Both the position numbers and the translations under genes were made by a program. The notes under the pieces were generated by a model. It saw nothing but the letters and a program-made list of their open reading frames with translations, searched no databases and was not told where the DNA came from. From Octopus bimaculoides (taxonomy: Eukaryota): a DNA stretch of 64,000 nt. The stretch is taken from assembly GCF_001194135.2 (NCBI RefSeq), contig NC_068985.1:123068806-123132805 (forward strand), given 5' to 3'. Below, in pieces: positions 26,306 through 39,475 of this stretch (position 1 is its first letter; each line of letters starts with the position of its first letter).

Positions 26306-27884
26306 CAACATTTATACATTATATTATGTTTATTTATTTATAAAAAAAAACAATTATAAAAATATACATACATCCACAATATATTATGCTTTACATATAT
26401 AAAAATACCAGTAATTATTAAAATATATAACGTAGAGCATAGAAAATAGGATATATGTATATATTTATATATATANNNNNNNNNNNNNNNNNNNNNNNNN
26501 NNNNNNNNNNNNNNNNNNNNNNNNNNNNNNNNNNNNNNNNNNNNNNNNNNNNNNNNNNNNNNNNNNNNNNNNTATATATGCATATGTACTTATATACGTA
26601 TTCATTGTGTATGAGTACATACATACGTATGTATTTATGCGTACATATATATATATATATATGAATACCCAGACACACGTCTATATACAAATGCATAGAT
26701 ACGTATGTACATGCATTCATAAATATATATGTGCGTGTGTGGATGCGTGTGAGTTGGTGGGTGGGTGCGTGTGTGTGGGGGGGGGGGCGTGCGTGCGCGT
26801 GTTTGTTTAGCCTGTATGAGAACTCTGATAATATAGTTGGAATTTTACCTTCGTTACTCCCACACTTTTAATCTGATATGTTATGTACTTCGTCATCACA
26901 AGCGTATCAAACACATCTTCCAGTAGTTTTTTATATTATGTTATTAGCAAAGGCTAGCACGCTGGAGGACATCATGATTATATAACCGCATATAAGGTAA
27001 AAAAAATTCAGTATGACCATATCTAAAAAAAAAAATATTCAGAAACTGTATCGGGTTAAACAAACTATAAGTGATGATGGTAATGATGATGTTCCTGATG
27101 ATGTTGTTGCTACTGCTGCTGATGCTGATGATGATGATATTATTGTTGCTCCTGCTGCTATTGATGATGATGATGATGATGATGATGGTGGTGATATTGA
27201 GATATATAATAAAATAAATAAACAAAACGTGAACAAGATATTCGCTGTAGCTTTTAACTATTCTCCACCCACGGACGCCCAACTGATGCACTTTTATAGT
27301 GTCAATGACCAGATAGATATTTGATGAAGAATGTTTACTGATAATAGTACATAATATTATCACAACACAGTTTAAATATATATGTACATATGCATATGTA
27401 TACACAAGCATACATACACATTTTTACATAAACGAAGATAGATACTCACATATGCAAATACATGCGTATACACATACATATATATATAAATATATATGCA
27501 TATGTGTGTGCGAGACTATGTGCGGAAAGATAGATAGTTATATAGCTAGCTAACTAGATAGATAATAACGAACGAGTGGGGAGAGAAGAAGGTGTCTGGT
27601 TCTCTGCCTGTTTACACTGCGAAGAAGCAGTAGGTCGATAAAATAAATAAGCTGCTCCTGAATTAAGGTTGTAGCGATAAACCATTCTACAGACACAACA
27701 AATGCATGTACTCTTCCTGCAATTCTCGAAGGGAATCTGCGAGATCGAGTATGTGAATCTCTCGGGCCGGATTCTATATATCTTCGGTCCACCTAAATTC
27801 CACACATGTGTTACGGATCGGCCGGCGGTTATCACAAATTCCTTATGTACATACGAAAATGTATATAGGTAGGTATACGTATAA

Positions 27885-27917
<33 letters not shown>

Positions 27918-28599
27918 TNNNNNNNNNNNNNNNNNNNNNNNNNNNNNNNNNNNNNNNNNNNNNNNNNNNNNNNNNNNNNNNNNNNNNNNNNNNNNNNNNN
28001 NNNNNNNNNNNNNNNNNNNNNNNNNNNNNNNNNNNNNNNNNNNNNNNNNNNNNNNNNNNNNNNNNNNNNNNNNNNNNNNNNNNNNNNNNNNNNNNNNNNN
28101 NNNNNNNNNNNNNNNNNNNNNNNNNNNNNNNNNNNNNNNNNNNNNNNNNNNNNNNNNNNNNNNNNNNNNNNNNNNNNNNNNNNNNNNNNNNNNNNNNNNN
28201 NNNNNNNNNNNNNNNNNNNNNNNNNNNNNNNNNNNNNNNNNNNNNNNNNNNNNNNNNNNNNNNNNNNNNNNNNNNNNNNNNNNNNNNNNNNNNNNNNNNN
28301 NNNNNNNNNNNNNNNNNNNNNNNNNNNNNNNNNNNNNNNNNNNNNNNNNNNNNNNNNNNNNNNNNNNNNNNNNNNNNNNNNNNNNNNNNNNNNNNNNNNN
28401 NNNNNNNNNNNNNNNNNNNNNNNNNNNNNNNNNNNNNNNNNNNNNNNNNNNNNNNNNNNNNNNNNNNNNNNNNNNNNNNNNNNNNNNNNNNNNNNNNNNN
28501 NNNNNNNNNNNNNNNNNNNNNTATATATATATATATATATATTAATGTAGGTTTCCCGAAGAAGTTCTATCCCCGAACTATCGCAATATAGTGGGGACA

Positions 28600-28660
28600 C
28601 TAGGAATGTGACCTTAGAACCAAAGGGACGGCAGAGCCCGAAAAAGTTTGGGAACCACTG
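28600..28660 (-). mobile_element. Single hAT-type terminal inverted repeat end (MITE fragment)
   Basis: Reverse complement begins CAGTGGTTCCCAAACTTTTT, a typical hAT/Charlie terminus; partner end not visible (possibly in the adjacent gap). Confidence 0.45.
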
Positions 28661-29085
28661 CTGTAAGATATATTACTACAGTACAGTTGTGGTTTATATT
28701 TTTTAATAAACATATTTTCATTATTTATCTATATTTGAACTGTAGTTCCGTTACAACAAAACAAAATGGGAGGACTAGGAATTTTGAGGATCTGTTTGTT
28801 ATATATATATCTAAGTGTACGCTTAGAAGAATATATTTAATATTAGAATCTCGCATTTGTTGCCGGTAATATTCGTAACAACCTTTATAGCCGATAGCAT
28901 AAATTAAATTTGTTGACGAACAGATGATACGATTTGCTTTTTACAGTGAAGATATACCTTGATTTAAATATATAGGAAGTGCTCTCTGTAAAGCTGATGC
29001 AAGTTCCGCAGTTGGAGGGAGCACACATTTTGACTGTTGCACCACGTGCTTGTGGCAGGTAATTTTCTACGGGTAATATCATTAA

Positions 29086-29121
<36 letters not shown>

Positions 29122-29694
29122 GTGTGTGTGTATAGTGTTTGTGTGTGTGTGTACCTGTATGTTTGCATGTATGTATGTATGTGTACATATGTATTTATGT
29201 ACTCATAAATGCACACACACATATACATCTTTATTTATAATCTTAAATTTAGGTATACACCTTGTAGTATGCCGTTTAAAGCTGGTTCACTGTCTTTGGC
29301 TACCTGATGCCATCAACAGTATGGATTTTAAATACCATTGAATTTACTTCAGGAATATGAACAAAATCTACAGCTTCAAAAACATAAACAAACACTGAAT
29401 GTCATTAAATCAAAATACAGCCTTTAAATAGTTTCAGCCACATCTGTAACTGTACGGTTTACAGTTAAATGTGGTTTTATGTGATTTTATGTGTTTTGTA
29501 CATTCAAACTTTATGCCCTCTACTTTAATTGTCACGTATATGTAGTGCAAGTTAATTAATTTTAATCGTTTTCTCATCTATCCATATACACAATCACACA
29601 CATAAAAACATGGTTTACATGTGTGTGTGTGTGCATACAAAGAAATATACTTAGCTATTTACGTTTGTGTGTACATGCATGCCTGTCTGTCTAC

Positions 29695-29749
<55 letters not shown>

Positions 29750-30359
29750 CCTATCTATCTATCTATACATATGTTAATATATAATGTGTGACTGTACTTA
29801 AAACCATTGGGAGTGTATGTGTATATGTATGTATGATTATATGTATGCATACTTATTTGGAGATATATGGTTTTTAATTGCATGAACACATGTGTCCGTG
29901 TTTGATTATAAATATATGTGTGTGTATGTTTGTATTTGCATGTGCAAGGAGAGGTGTGTAAGATTAAAATATATTGAAATTGCAGTAAAGATGCGTGACA
30001 ATTAAGTGGTTAAAATATAAAATTATGAAAATATGTAGTTCATTTAAAAACTAAAAGTAATATTGAATTACAGATGTAACTAAAACTATCCGAAGGCTAT
30101 ATGTTAATGGATTTCAATGTTTGATTTTTCTTTTCTTTTGTTGTACATTTAAATATTTCTTTCTGTGAATATTTAAACTAATATACTTATCGCCATAGAA
30201 TATCCGCGGAAGGCAATACGATGAAACCATCAAACCTCTTTTTGCAACTTCTGCAATATCCTGTCTTCGAACTGTTGCATCGAGTTCTAAAATATTTCAC
30301 TCTGAAAATGCAGTTCACATGGCCGCTATTAAATATCATGTATCAATAAAAGAATTACT

Positions 30360-30570
30360 AAGTGGTCGCGGATATAGCTAGAAATAACAACCGATCCTAC
30401 CTCAAATTGCTCCCAATGGTTTTAAATACACAGACACATTAGTTGTTGTAGCCTGCATTTGTTTGAATAGACATCGCTGGATAGGATACTAGCGGCTGAA
30501 TTACCTTTTCATCATGGGTATTGCTAGATCAAATATGGCCGGTGGCTAAGCAACACCAAGGATGGCAACA
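30360..30570 (+). repeat. Degenerate interspersed repeat (probable SINE); related decayed pieces at ~24870-25060 and ~60485-60650
   Basis: GCTAGAAATAACAACCGATCCTACCTCAAATT resembles the reverse complement of TTGAGGGAAATTTGACTGCTATTTGTAG (24880s); ATTC.AG..(A/G)TG(A/G)CCATCC shared by the 25010s and 60530s. Confidence 0.4.
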
Positions 30571-30711
30571 ACAATAGCAGAGTCTGCAGCAACCACGTAG
30601 CTCTTCCCTGCCCCTTCTTCTTTACCTCCTCCTCCTCCTCCTCCTCCTCTGACAGGTGAAAACAGAAGAGGAAATAATATTATTGATTCGACTGCATCCA
30701 GCCTTTCACCT

Positions 30712-30930
30712 ATGTAATATTGGTTTCATATTTTGGCACAAGTCCAGCAATTTGGGAGGACGACACCAATAATCAGCTGGTACTTATTTCACCGAAACTG
30801 AGAGGATGAAAGGCAAAATCAATGCCAGCAGAAGCGCACAAAGAGATATTGAGAATATTTATGTCATTCACGCAAAGACGCGAAATGCTGCTACACATTT
30901 TGCCCGGCGTGCCATTGTCAGCTCGCCGCC
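30712..30930 (-). mobile_element. SINE family A copy, decayed
   Basis: ATGTAATATTGGTTTC..TTTTGGCACAAG tail and CATTTTGCCCGGCGTGC..CAGCTCGCCGCC head in reverse. Confidence 0.75.
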
Positions 30931-31164
30931 AGCTCACTTTTCTTTTATGTAATATCGTTGGTTAAGCTCTTTGTCACTGTTGCTATCCTGTAAATAACAG
31001 AAAACTTATCTTCAGTAATTAAAATTTTATTCCACAAAGAGAAAGTAGAACCAAGAAATTGTGAGGTTTTCAGTTAATTAACAACTCTGTGACGTCAAAC
31101 CGTTAGAAAGAGAAGAAAACAGCACCTGATACGATTATTCATCGTGGTTCATTAAATCATTAAC

Positions 31165-31184
31165 TCTTTCTTTCTTTCTTTCTG

Positions 31185-31259
<75 letters not shown>

Positions 31260-31296
31260 CTCTTTCTTTCTCTCATTCTTTCTGTCTTTCTTTCCT

Positions 31297-31331
<35 letters not shown>

Positions 31332-31347
31332 CTCTCTCTCTCTCTCT

Positions 31348-31392
<45 letters not shown>
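31165..31392. repeat. (TTTC)n/(TC)n polypyrimidine microsatellite
   Basis: Direct reading; source of the spurious ERK-rich ORFs. Confidence 0.95.
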
Positions 31393-31397
<5 letters not shown>

Positions 31398-31559
31398 TAT
31401 ATACATATGGGGGTGTATGTGAATATTTTCTTAACTCTCTTTCTCATTCTCTATTCTTAACTCTGTTCTTATCTCTTTTCCTCCTTATCTCACTCCTCTC
31501 TCTTTCTCCCTATCAATTAATCAAGACGGATGTCTCATTCAAAGGGCTCACGGGAAGAC

Positions 31560-31945
31560 CAGGCGTGTCAAACTCCTTTTAGTTCACGGGCTACATATCA
31601 ACCCAGTTTGATCTCAAGCGAGCCGGACCAGTAAAATCATGGCATAAGAACCTATAAATAAGCAATTTCAAAATTTTCCCTTTGTTTTAATGTAAAAAAG
31701 TACATTCTGAAAATGTTCATGTTTAAAGAACAATGTTTTATTTTTGATTATTATTTTTTTCTTGCAAAACATTGAATAAGTGAATGTGAGAACTGCTAAA
31801 GAAAACTGAGTTATCACACTGCCTTGTAAATGTATACAATTTATAAATTATAAAAAAAATCATTTTGAAAAACATTTAAAAACACTTATTATTTTTTATC
31901 ATTTATTTTCAATATGTTCTTGAAACTTGGTATCTTTTCTCGTTC
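31560..31945 (-). mobile_element. hAT (Buster/SPIN-like) terminal inverted repeat and subterminal region
   Basis: CAGGCGTGTCAAACTC.TTTT..TTCACGGGCTACAT at 31560 is a typical hAT terminus; it lies downstream of the minus-strand hAT transposase at 33070-33490. Linkage of the two pieces is inferred. Confidence 0.6.
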
Positions 31946-31952
31946 ACAAGTC

Positions 31953-33028
31953 TGTAGGGCACTGTCCAAGTATTTATGACTGACGAACTGTAGACAAGAA
32001 CTTCTCTGCGGGCTAGCTAGAGAGCTGGCCTGCAGCGAAGTGGAGTTCCAGTTAAGCGGACGTCTACGAGGCAGAAGTGACTGGCGAGCCTTTATCGCAA
32101 ACTGGGTTGTCCATTTCGGTGTCCCAGACAGCATCTCATCCGTTCGGGGTCCACAATTCACCTCAAAGCTGTGGAATGACGTGTGACCGTTTTGGAATCA
32201 CAATGGAGTGCACAACAGCCTACCATCCACAGGCCAACGGGCTAGTGGAGAGATTTCACCGTCGCTTGAAGGAATCTCTGATAATCAGACTTAACAGGTC
32301 CAATTGAATTTATCAACTTCCATGGGTGATGCTGGGAATCCACACCCCCAAAGGAAAATCCCAACACTTCTTCCGCGGAAATGGTGTATGGCGCCCCTCT
32401 TACGGTATCAGGAGAATTCCTTCCGGACGCGAAGTCAGACCCGAATGTCAAAAGGTACCTCGCGCAACTGAAAGACAGTGTGGGCTAGTTGCGCCCTATT
32501 CCCATGCTAACAAATAATACACTTAGATCGTCAGTAACAAATGACCTCCGCATGGCTAACTTCGTGTTCGTTCGACGTGATACACGACAAAGACCTCTCC
32601 AGTCACCCTACAATGGCCTATACGAAGTCATATGTCCGGGAGACAAATCACTCCAACTCCTAATTGGCGAACGACAAGACATAGTTTCCATGATAGGTTG
32701 AAAACAGCCCATCTCGATATTGACAGCCCCGTCCATGTAGCTCAACCACCAAATAGGGGCCGCCCCAGGAAAATCACACCAACACTTGGCAAGGAACAGT
32801 CACCAATGAGCCGAGTAACCACACGTACGAGCAGGAGAGTTAAAACGCCTTCCCGGTCCCGATGACATCCAACAGTTCGTGAGGCGGGCTATATGTAGGG
32901 CACTGCCCAAGGATTTATGGCAGACGAACTGTAGACAGGAATTTCGCTGCGAGACAGCTAAGAAGCTGGTCTGCAGAGAAGTGGACTTCCGGTTAAGCAG
33001 GTGTCTACGAGACAGAAGTGACTGGCGG
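31953..33028 (+). mobile_element. Internally deleted Ty3/gypsy LTR retrotransposon: two LTR-like direct repeats flanking the integrase 3' half
   Basis: Direct repeats starting TGTAGGGCACTG at 31953-32086 and 32894-33028. Between them are integrase motifs AFIANWV.HFGVP, GPQFTSKLW, TTAYHPQANGLVERFHRRLK and LQSPYNG.YEVI. Purine-rich GAGGCGGG tract precedes the 3' repeat. Confidence 0.9.
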
Positions 33029-33069
33029 CTGTCGCCCTCATGATTAAATCTTTCATTAACACATTCTAG

Positions 33070-33490
33070 GTTTCCGTTAATTTATTTGTGTATAGCTTAA
33101 CTAAAGCTATAAGTGCATCAAGATCAGGCGTCAAATCCTGACTATCAGCCAATTTCAGAATGTCGTTCAGACGTTTATATGTGAGCCTTGAGCGCAACTT
33201 TGTTTTATTGATGTTCATTACAGAGAAACCTTGTTCACAAAGGTAGGTAATCCCGAACATGCACAAAACTTTCGCAGCAACGGCTGTCAATTTGGGGTAC
33301 TTTGGCAAGAGATACTGATAAAATGTGTCCAAGCCCACCGAGGTAAATTTTTTCTTCAAATCTGAATCACACTGCAAGTCGATCATTTTAAGTTGGATGT
33401 TGACGGGAAGATCAGAGGCGTCGACTGTAAATGGTGAGCGAAAAAAATTGTGAAATCTATCTCAAGTTCACAAAAAGTTACATCTGTTGT
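33070..33490 (-). pseudogene. hAT transposase C-terminal (dimerisation domain) fragment, Buster/SPIN/GTF2IRD2-like
   Basis: FRSPFTVDASDLPVNIQLKMIDLQCDSDLK..KYPKLTAVAAKVLCMFGITYLCEQGFSVMNINKTKLRSRLT..LNDILK. Confidence 0.9.
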
Positions 33491-34149
33491 TATTTCTATT
33501 GGATGGATTGCCTCTTTTGACTATGGTCCAGTTCATAATGCCAGGATTTGCTTCACTGTCTGAGAATCTGTTGTGTTTGTCATGTGAAGTAACTTTTGCT
33601 TTTTAGCATTTGTATGAATATCTATAATATGCGCTTGGAAATTAAAGATATTTCCTTTTAATACTATACATGTCGATTAGATTCCACTCGTTGATTCTTA
33701 CATCAGACCTGCAACAGTCACAGCCACACCTACAGCATCACCCACCCTCTCAGCCCCACAGTTATTACATCTGCAACAACCAACGAACACTAAACACTTC
33801 CAACAGCAGCAACCAACTACACAAACACGAAACATAGTGTAGTGAGGAGGGCCAACAAAGAATTGATGGCCAAGTTGCACGAAGGAAGGACATTGAGAGA
33901 GAGGGTGTGATCAATAAAAGTATTTGATTAAGTATAAGAACACTAAGCTTAGGGACAGTTATAACAACAATACTCTATATAATAGTAATAGAAAACCTAT
34001 ATCTATGTCGGGTCGAATAACTTATCACTTAAGCAATGGAACACGTAAGTCCCATAAGACGAATATTTTATATTTTAAATCCTCCGCTTCGGACTTCTGA
34101 TGGCCACGGTTAATGCTGCAATCTTTTACGGGACATTGGAACATAACCT

Positions 34150-34760
34150 CCCTTGAAATAAATATTGTAAATAATTCAGTAAGTACGCTGATAAATTCAC
34201 ATATTCAGCCACATCTGACATACCTCATAATATAGTTGCGAAATTATATGCAATAGTTGGAATTGCCTGCATGAGTCTAATTATCCTAGTTGTCCGTCTG
34301 GCTCTAGGTCCTCCCTTATTAATACATCTCGATCTAACACGAATATATATGTTGATTCCGTATCTCTTCATAATAATCGCTGTAGTAACAATAATTCTAC
34401 GCTACCTAGTAAACCTGATGGTATGTTTAACTGTAACATTGATATATTGTCCTTTGAGTGACTAATGCCTCCGGACAATTATAGTAGGAAAATATTTCAC
34501 TCAGACACCCGCTAAAGTGTATTGCTATATTGGGGCTATAGCATCAGAATTCAAATCGAGATGGAGTAATCATGCACGTTTTTTCAATAATAGATGTAAA
34601 TTAAGTAATTCCTCAATGTCGAAGTTATTTCGGACCTTAAAGATAGAAATATTGATTACTCTATGTTGTGGCTAATTATACCAAAAACACTTCCATATAA
34701 AGGAAGCAAGCACTTATAATTTATGTGGCATGTGGGAGTGTTTGATATCCTAACGTGTAA
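34150..34760 (+). mobile_element. Second-clade Penelope-like element remnant (RT end plus GIY-YIG endonuclease), missed by the ORF track
   Basis: Manual translation: FTYSATSDIPHNI, then CPLSD*CLRTIIV..KVYCYIGAIASEFKSRWSNHARFF..SMSKLF..LK, matching the CPL.G.CL..IVY / YIG..FK.RW.NH pattern. The AT-rich sequence to ~35600 may be its 3' UTR. Confidence 0.72.
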
Positions 34761-35689
34761 GTCTAGTCTAATAAATAAACATTATTTACACCAAGTGTTT
34801 ACGTCAATTTAATAGAATCTTTTTTGAATATTCCATTTAGCTAATTTATATATTATAGGAAATTATGAAATTCGATAAATATTTCTCTCGGTTGCATTTC
34901 AATTCTCACTGTTATGATCATTTTTTTCTACGTTCCCTTGCATCCTTTATTTAGGTGTCAGCCACTTTCTTGAATATTAAATAATCTGTTTATCTTAATG
35001 TTTCCTATTTCAGTAAAAACTTTGTAATATAAGTATTTATTGGTTCAGTATATCTTAATAATCTTATTAGTTTCTTATTCTATTTTTCATTTTACTATAA
35101 TATACTATTATTATTATACACTTTGCCAGTGATTTCACTTGGTATTTCATGAATGTTAATCAGCCCCTTTTAATTATACATCTTATTTCTATCCTTCATA
35201 ATTCTCTTACATTATTCTACGTTCTTTTCTCTCCCACATTCTCTTCGTTCTTCTTACCCTTGTTATCCTTATCTTTTTGTGTTTCTCTTGACACACACGC
35301 TCTTATTGAGACCTCTCTGTGAATGTCGATGTATTTATTGATACCCCAAATTTGAATACATACTCCCTTGCTTGGACAAATCACCATGTTGTCCATATAT
35401 TGCCTATACTTTATCTCTCTTAAGCTCTTGACATTAGTGTCGCAATTGATTTTATCTAGTGCTATACATGTCGTGTTTACTAACGGCGTAATCTAGTTAT
35501 TCACTCCCCACCTCTCTCACGGCATGTCAGTTTATTTCTTTGCTATGGCATTGTAAATAACTTCCTCTGATGGTGCATGAAACTGTGACTACCCATGTAA
35601 TATCATATTTCATCGCTTGACAGTTTGATGAAATAACAGGTTAGGTTTCATTTAACATTAGCATTGATTAAATTGGGTTTAGCTTGTTG

Positions 35690-35932
35690 AATGATTTAGC
35701 TACGCCACTTGCTACTGAAACGATCATAACGGAATATCAATGTGTTACCAATATCTTCACCATTTTCCTCTTTCTCCGTTCTTCCATTCTCCGAACTTTC
35801 CATCTTTCCGACGAAGGGCTACGCCCGAAACGTCATACACACTCTCTCTTTCCTTTCCTGAGCGTCCAATAATACTATCCATATCACGTCCTCACTTTGT
35901 TGTTTTTTTGTTTTTTTGTTATTGTTTTTTTG

Positions 35933-35937
<5 letters not shown>
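35690..35937 (+). mobile_element. Solo PLE-type terminal repeat ending at (TA)n
   Basis: Pyrimidine-rich leader, hammerhead-like motif, then TTCCTGAGCG..AATAC and ..AACTATATAT end, resembling the layout of 3480-3663. Confidence 0.6.
35805..35836 (+). ncRNA. Minimal hammerhead-like motif, CCGACGA core variant
   Basis: CCGACGA-A-GGGC-TAC-GCCC-GAAA-CG-TC at 35808-35834; stem I poorly paired in this copy. Confidence 0.55.
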
Positions 35938-35964
<27 letters not shown>

Positions 35965-37011
35965 NNNNNNNNNNNNNNNNNNNNNNNNNNNNNNNNNNNN
36001 NNNNNNNNNNNNNNNNNNNNNNNNNNNNNNNNNNNNNNNNNNNNNNNNNNNNNNNNNNNNNNNNNNNNNNNNNNNNNNNNNNNNNNNNNNNNNNNNNNNN
36101 NNNNNNNNNNNNNNNNNNNNNNNNNNNNNNNNNNNNNNNNNNNNNNNNNNNNNNNNNNNNNNNNNNNNNNNNNNNNNNNNNNNNNNNNNNNNNNNNNNNN
36201 NNNNNNNNNNNNNNNNNNNNNNNNNNNNNNNNNNNNNNNNNNNNNNNNNNNNNNNNNNNNNNNNNNNNNNNNNNNNNNNNNNNNNNNNNNNNNNNNNNNN
36301 NNNNNNNNNNNNNNNNNNNNNNNNNNNNNNNNNNNNNNNNNNNNNNNNNNNNNNNNNNNNNNNNNNNNNNNNNNNNNNNNNNNNNNNNNNNNNNNNNNNN
36401 NNNNNNNNNNNNNNNNNNNNNNNNNNNNNNNNNNNNNNNNNNNNNNNNNNNNNNNNNNNNNNNNNNNNNNNNNNNNNNNNNNNNNNNNNNNNNNNNNNNN
36501 NNNNNNNNNNNNNNNNNNNNNNNNNNNNNTGAAATGGTTCAAGTAGGAATCGAAGCAGCATTGCAAACTTGGCTTGCCAGGCGCTTAACATTAGATCTAG
36601 ACCTGACGCCCATTAACACAACCGGACATCCGCATAGTAACATACTTGCCATGCAGACTAGTTATCTATTTATGTACAAGCACGCCTACCTGCTGATAGC
36701 GAAAGAAATAGGGGGATATATTTACATTCATCCGCTTCGAGATTTCATACATACATAGACATGTACACGCACGTATGTATGCATGTATGTATGTATGTAT
36801 GTATGTATGCATGTATGTATGTATGTATGTATGTATGCATGCGTGTATGTATGTATTTATACAGTAAAAAATAACAAGCTTAGCATCAAAACATATGAAA
36901 ATGTTTTAGACCTCAGCTTTGGAACAATTCGAGTCTGCTCGTATTTATATTGGAGTTTTAATATAGCGAGTGTGAATGAATGTGCGTGTGTGTATGAGGC
37001 ACGGGGGGGGG

Positions 37012-37045
<34 letters not shown>

Positions 37046-37092
37046 NNNNNNNNNNNNNNNNNNNNNNNNNNNNNNNNNNNNNNNNNNNNNNN

Positions 37093-37127
<35 letters not shown>

Positions 37128-37324
37128 GAGAGACCGAAAGAAAGACAGCGGAACAGCGAGAACAGAGTGGGGGGGGGGGAAATATAGTGGGTTGACCTTT
37201 ATAGTCTCGGAGGATAAATTTAGAGGAGATTCAACATCCTTGTATACCTGTCGTTCACGTTTCCTATCTGGCTCTCTCTTCCTGCCGGTTTTTCTTTTAA
37301 CTTTTACCATTATTTCTTACTAGT

Positions 37325-37812
37325 TTCAGTTGTTGTTTAATCGAAATCATCGACCCCAGTACTTATTTTAAAACTAAGTACTTATTCTATCCGTTAATTT
37401 ATACCGAACCGCTAATTTAGGGGGATGTAGACAGACTAAGACCGGTTGTCAAACAGTGGTGTGAGACAATTGCGCGCATAGATACCTGCATACGTACATA
37501 TATACATACATACATACATACATGTATGCATGTATGCATGCATACATACATACATACATACATACATATACATACATACATACATATACATACATACATA
37601 TACATACATACATACATACATGCATGCATACATACATACATACATACATACATGCATACATGCATGCATACATACATACGTACATACATACATACGTACG
37701 TACATACGTACATACATACATACGTACATACATACATCCGTACATACATACATACGTACATACATACATACATACATACATACATACATACATACATACG
37801 TACGTACATACA

Positions 37813-37843
<31 letters not shown>

Positions 37844-38165
37844 TCCATATAAAGTATAAGAGAAATTACCCATAAACGACCGAGAACCAAAAAGAATTAA
37901 AACATTTCAAAGGGAAGAAAAAAATAAAAACTTTTACCTTATTTTTATTTTTATTTTTATTATATATACATACATACATACATACATACATACATACATG
38001 CATACTACTGGCTTCTTTCACTTTCCGCCTATCAAATTCAATCAAAAGGCTTCAGTCGACCCGGCACTATAGTGAAAGACCCTCTCCGAAGGTGCCACGC
38101 AGTGGAACTGAATCTAAGAATACATGATTGGGAAAGCTTTTTATCTTGCAACCACGCCTGCGCCT
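37325..38165 (-). mobile_element. SINE family B with greatly expanded internal (TACA)n tract
   Basis: Tail/body at 37325-37480, (TACA)n variants at ~37490-37845 and ~37965-38000, head at ~38005-38165. Confidence 0.75.
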
Positions 38166-38178
38166 ATATATGCGTACA

Positions 38179-38260
<82 letters not shown>

Positions 38261-38288
38261 TGTGTGTGTATGTGTGTGTGTGTGTGTA

Positions 38289-38319
<31 letters not shown>

Positions 38320-38359
38320 AAAACTCCTCACAGCCTTGGCTTCGTTATCTCATTCTGTC

Positions 38360-38416
<57 letters not shown>

Positions 38417-38621
38417 CACACATATATATATATATATATAAACATACGTACATATTGGTAGCCGTGGCTGTGAGGTAAGAAGCTTGCTTCCTAATGACAT
38501 GGTTCCGGGTTCAGCCCAAGCTTGGCACCTTCGGCAAGTATCTTCTACTATAGCATCGAGCCGATCAAAGTCTTGTTAGTGGATTCGGTAGATGGAAACT
38601 GAAATAAACGCGTCGTATATA

Positions 38622-38842
38622 TTTGAGTGGGTGCTGAAAAGTACCTGGTCTTGGGTAAAAGAAAATAGAGGAGGATCAGTTAATTGTGATTTTACTCAAC
38701 ATATTCTCCTCCCAGATTTACAGACCCATTACAGTGGTTCTTCAATTTTCCTAAGCCCTGTAAAAGGACTTGGAAGGTTGGGCCTCCAACCAGGTCTTTC
38801 GCTATGACCTCAAAGCCAAGAATTTCTCAACACATCTTCGTA
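38622..38842. mobile_element. ~220-bp mariner-type MITE inserted in the SINE microsatellite
   Basis: Left TGAGTGGGTGCTGAAAAGTACCTGGTCTT versus reverse complement of right end TACGAAGATGTGTTGAGAAATTCTTGGCTTT: degenerate ~30-bp TIRs in a TA context. Confidence 0.62.
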
Positions 38843-38877
38843 TGTAAGTATATGTGTGTGTGCGTGTATATATATAT

Positions 38878-39475
38878 ACTCTTTTACTCTTTTACTTGTT
38901 TCAGTCATTTGACTGCGGCCATGCTGGGGCACCGCCTTTTTAGTCGAGCAAATCGACCCCAGGACTTATTCTTTGGAAGCCTAGTACTTATTCTGTCGAT
39001 CTCTTTTGCCGAACCGCTAAGTTACGGAGACGTAAACGCACCAGCATCGGTTGTCAAGCGATGTTGGGGGAGAAACACAGACACACAAACATATACACAC
39101 ACATACATATANNNNNNNNNNNNNNNNNNNNNNNNNNNNNNNNNNNNNNNNNNNNNNNNNNNNNNNNNNNNNNNNNNNNNNNNNNNNNNNNNNNNNNNNN
39201 NNNNNNNNNNNNNNNNNNNNNNNNNNNNNNNNNNNNNNNNNNNNNNNNNNNNNNNNNNNNNNNNNNNNNNNNNNNNNNGAGAGAGAGAGAGAGAGAGAGA
39301 GAGAGATACATATATACGACGGGCTTCTTTCAGTTTCCGTCTACCAAATCCACTCACAAGGCTTTGGTCGGCCCGAGGCTATAGTAGAAGACACTTGCCC
39401 AAGGTGCCACACAGTGGGAATGAACCCGGAACCATGTGGTTAGTAAGCAAGCTACTTACCACACAGCCACTCCCC
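38878..39475 (-). mobile_element. SINE family B (inner, young-looking, full length)
   Basis: CTTTTACTCTTTTACTTGTTTCAGTCATTTGACTGCGG tail through CTACTTACCACACAGCCACTCC head, with internal gap/(GA)n tract. Confidence 0.92.

Noticed and set aside
27013-27324. 103-aa acidic poly-Asp ORF (and Ser-rich ORF at 49939-50220)
   Set aside because: Explained by (GAT/GCT)n and (AGT/AGC)n trinucleotide repeats; no domain or splice support.
29304-29367. Possible 64-nt minus-strand exon (AG..GT) encoding FVHIPEVNSMVFKIHTVDGI
   Set aside because: Peptide not recognised, donor site weak, and no partner exons identified; needs RNA-seq or homology evidence.
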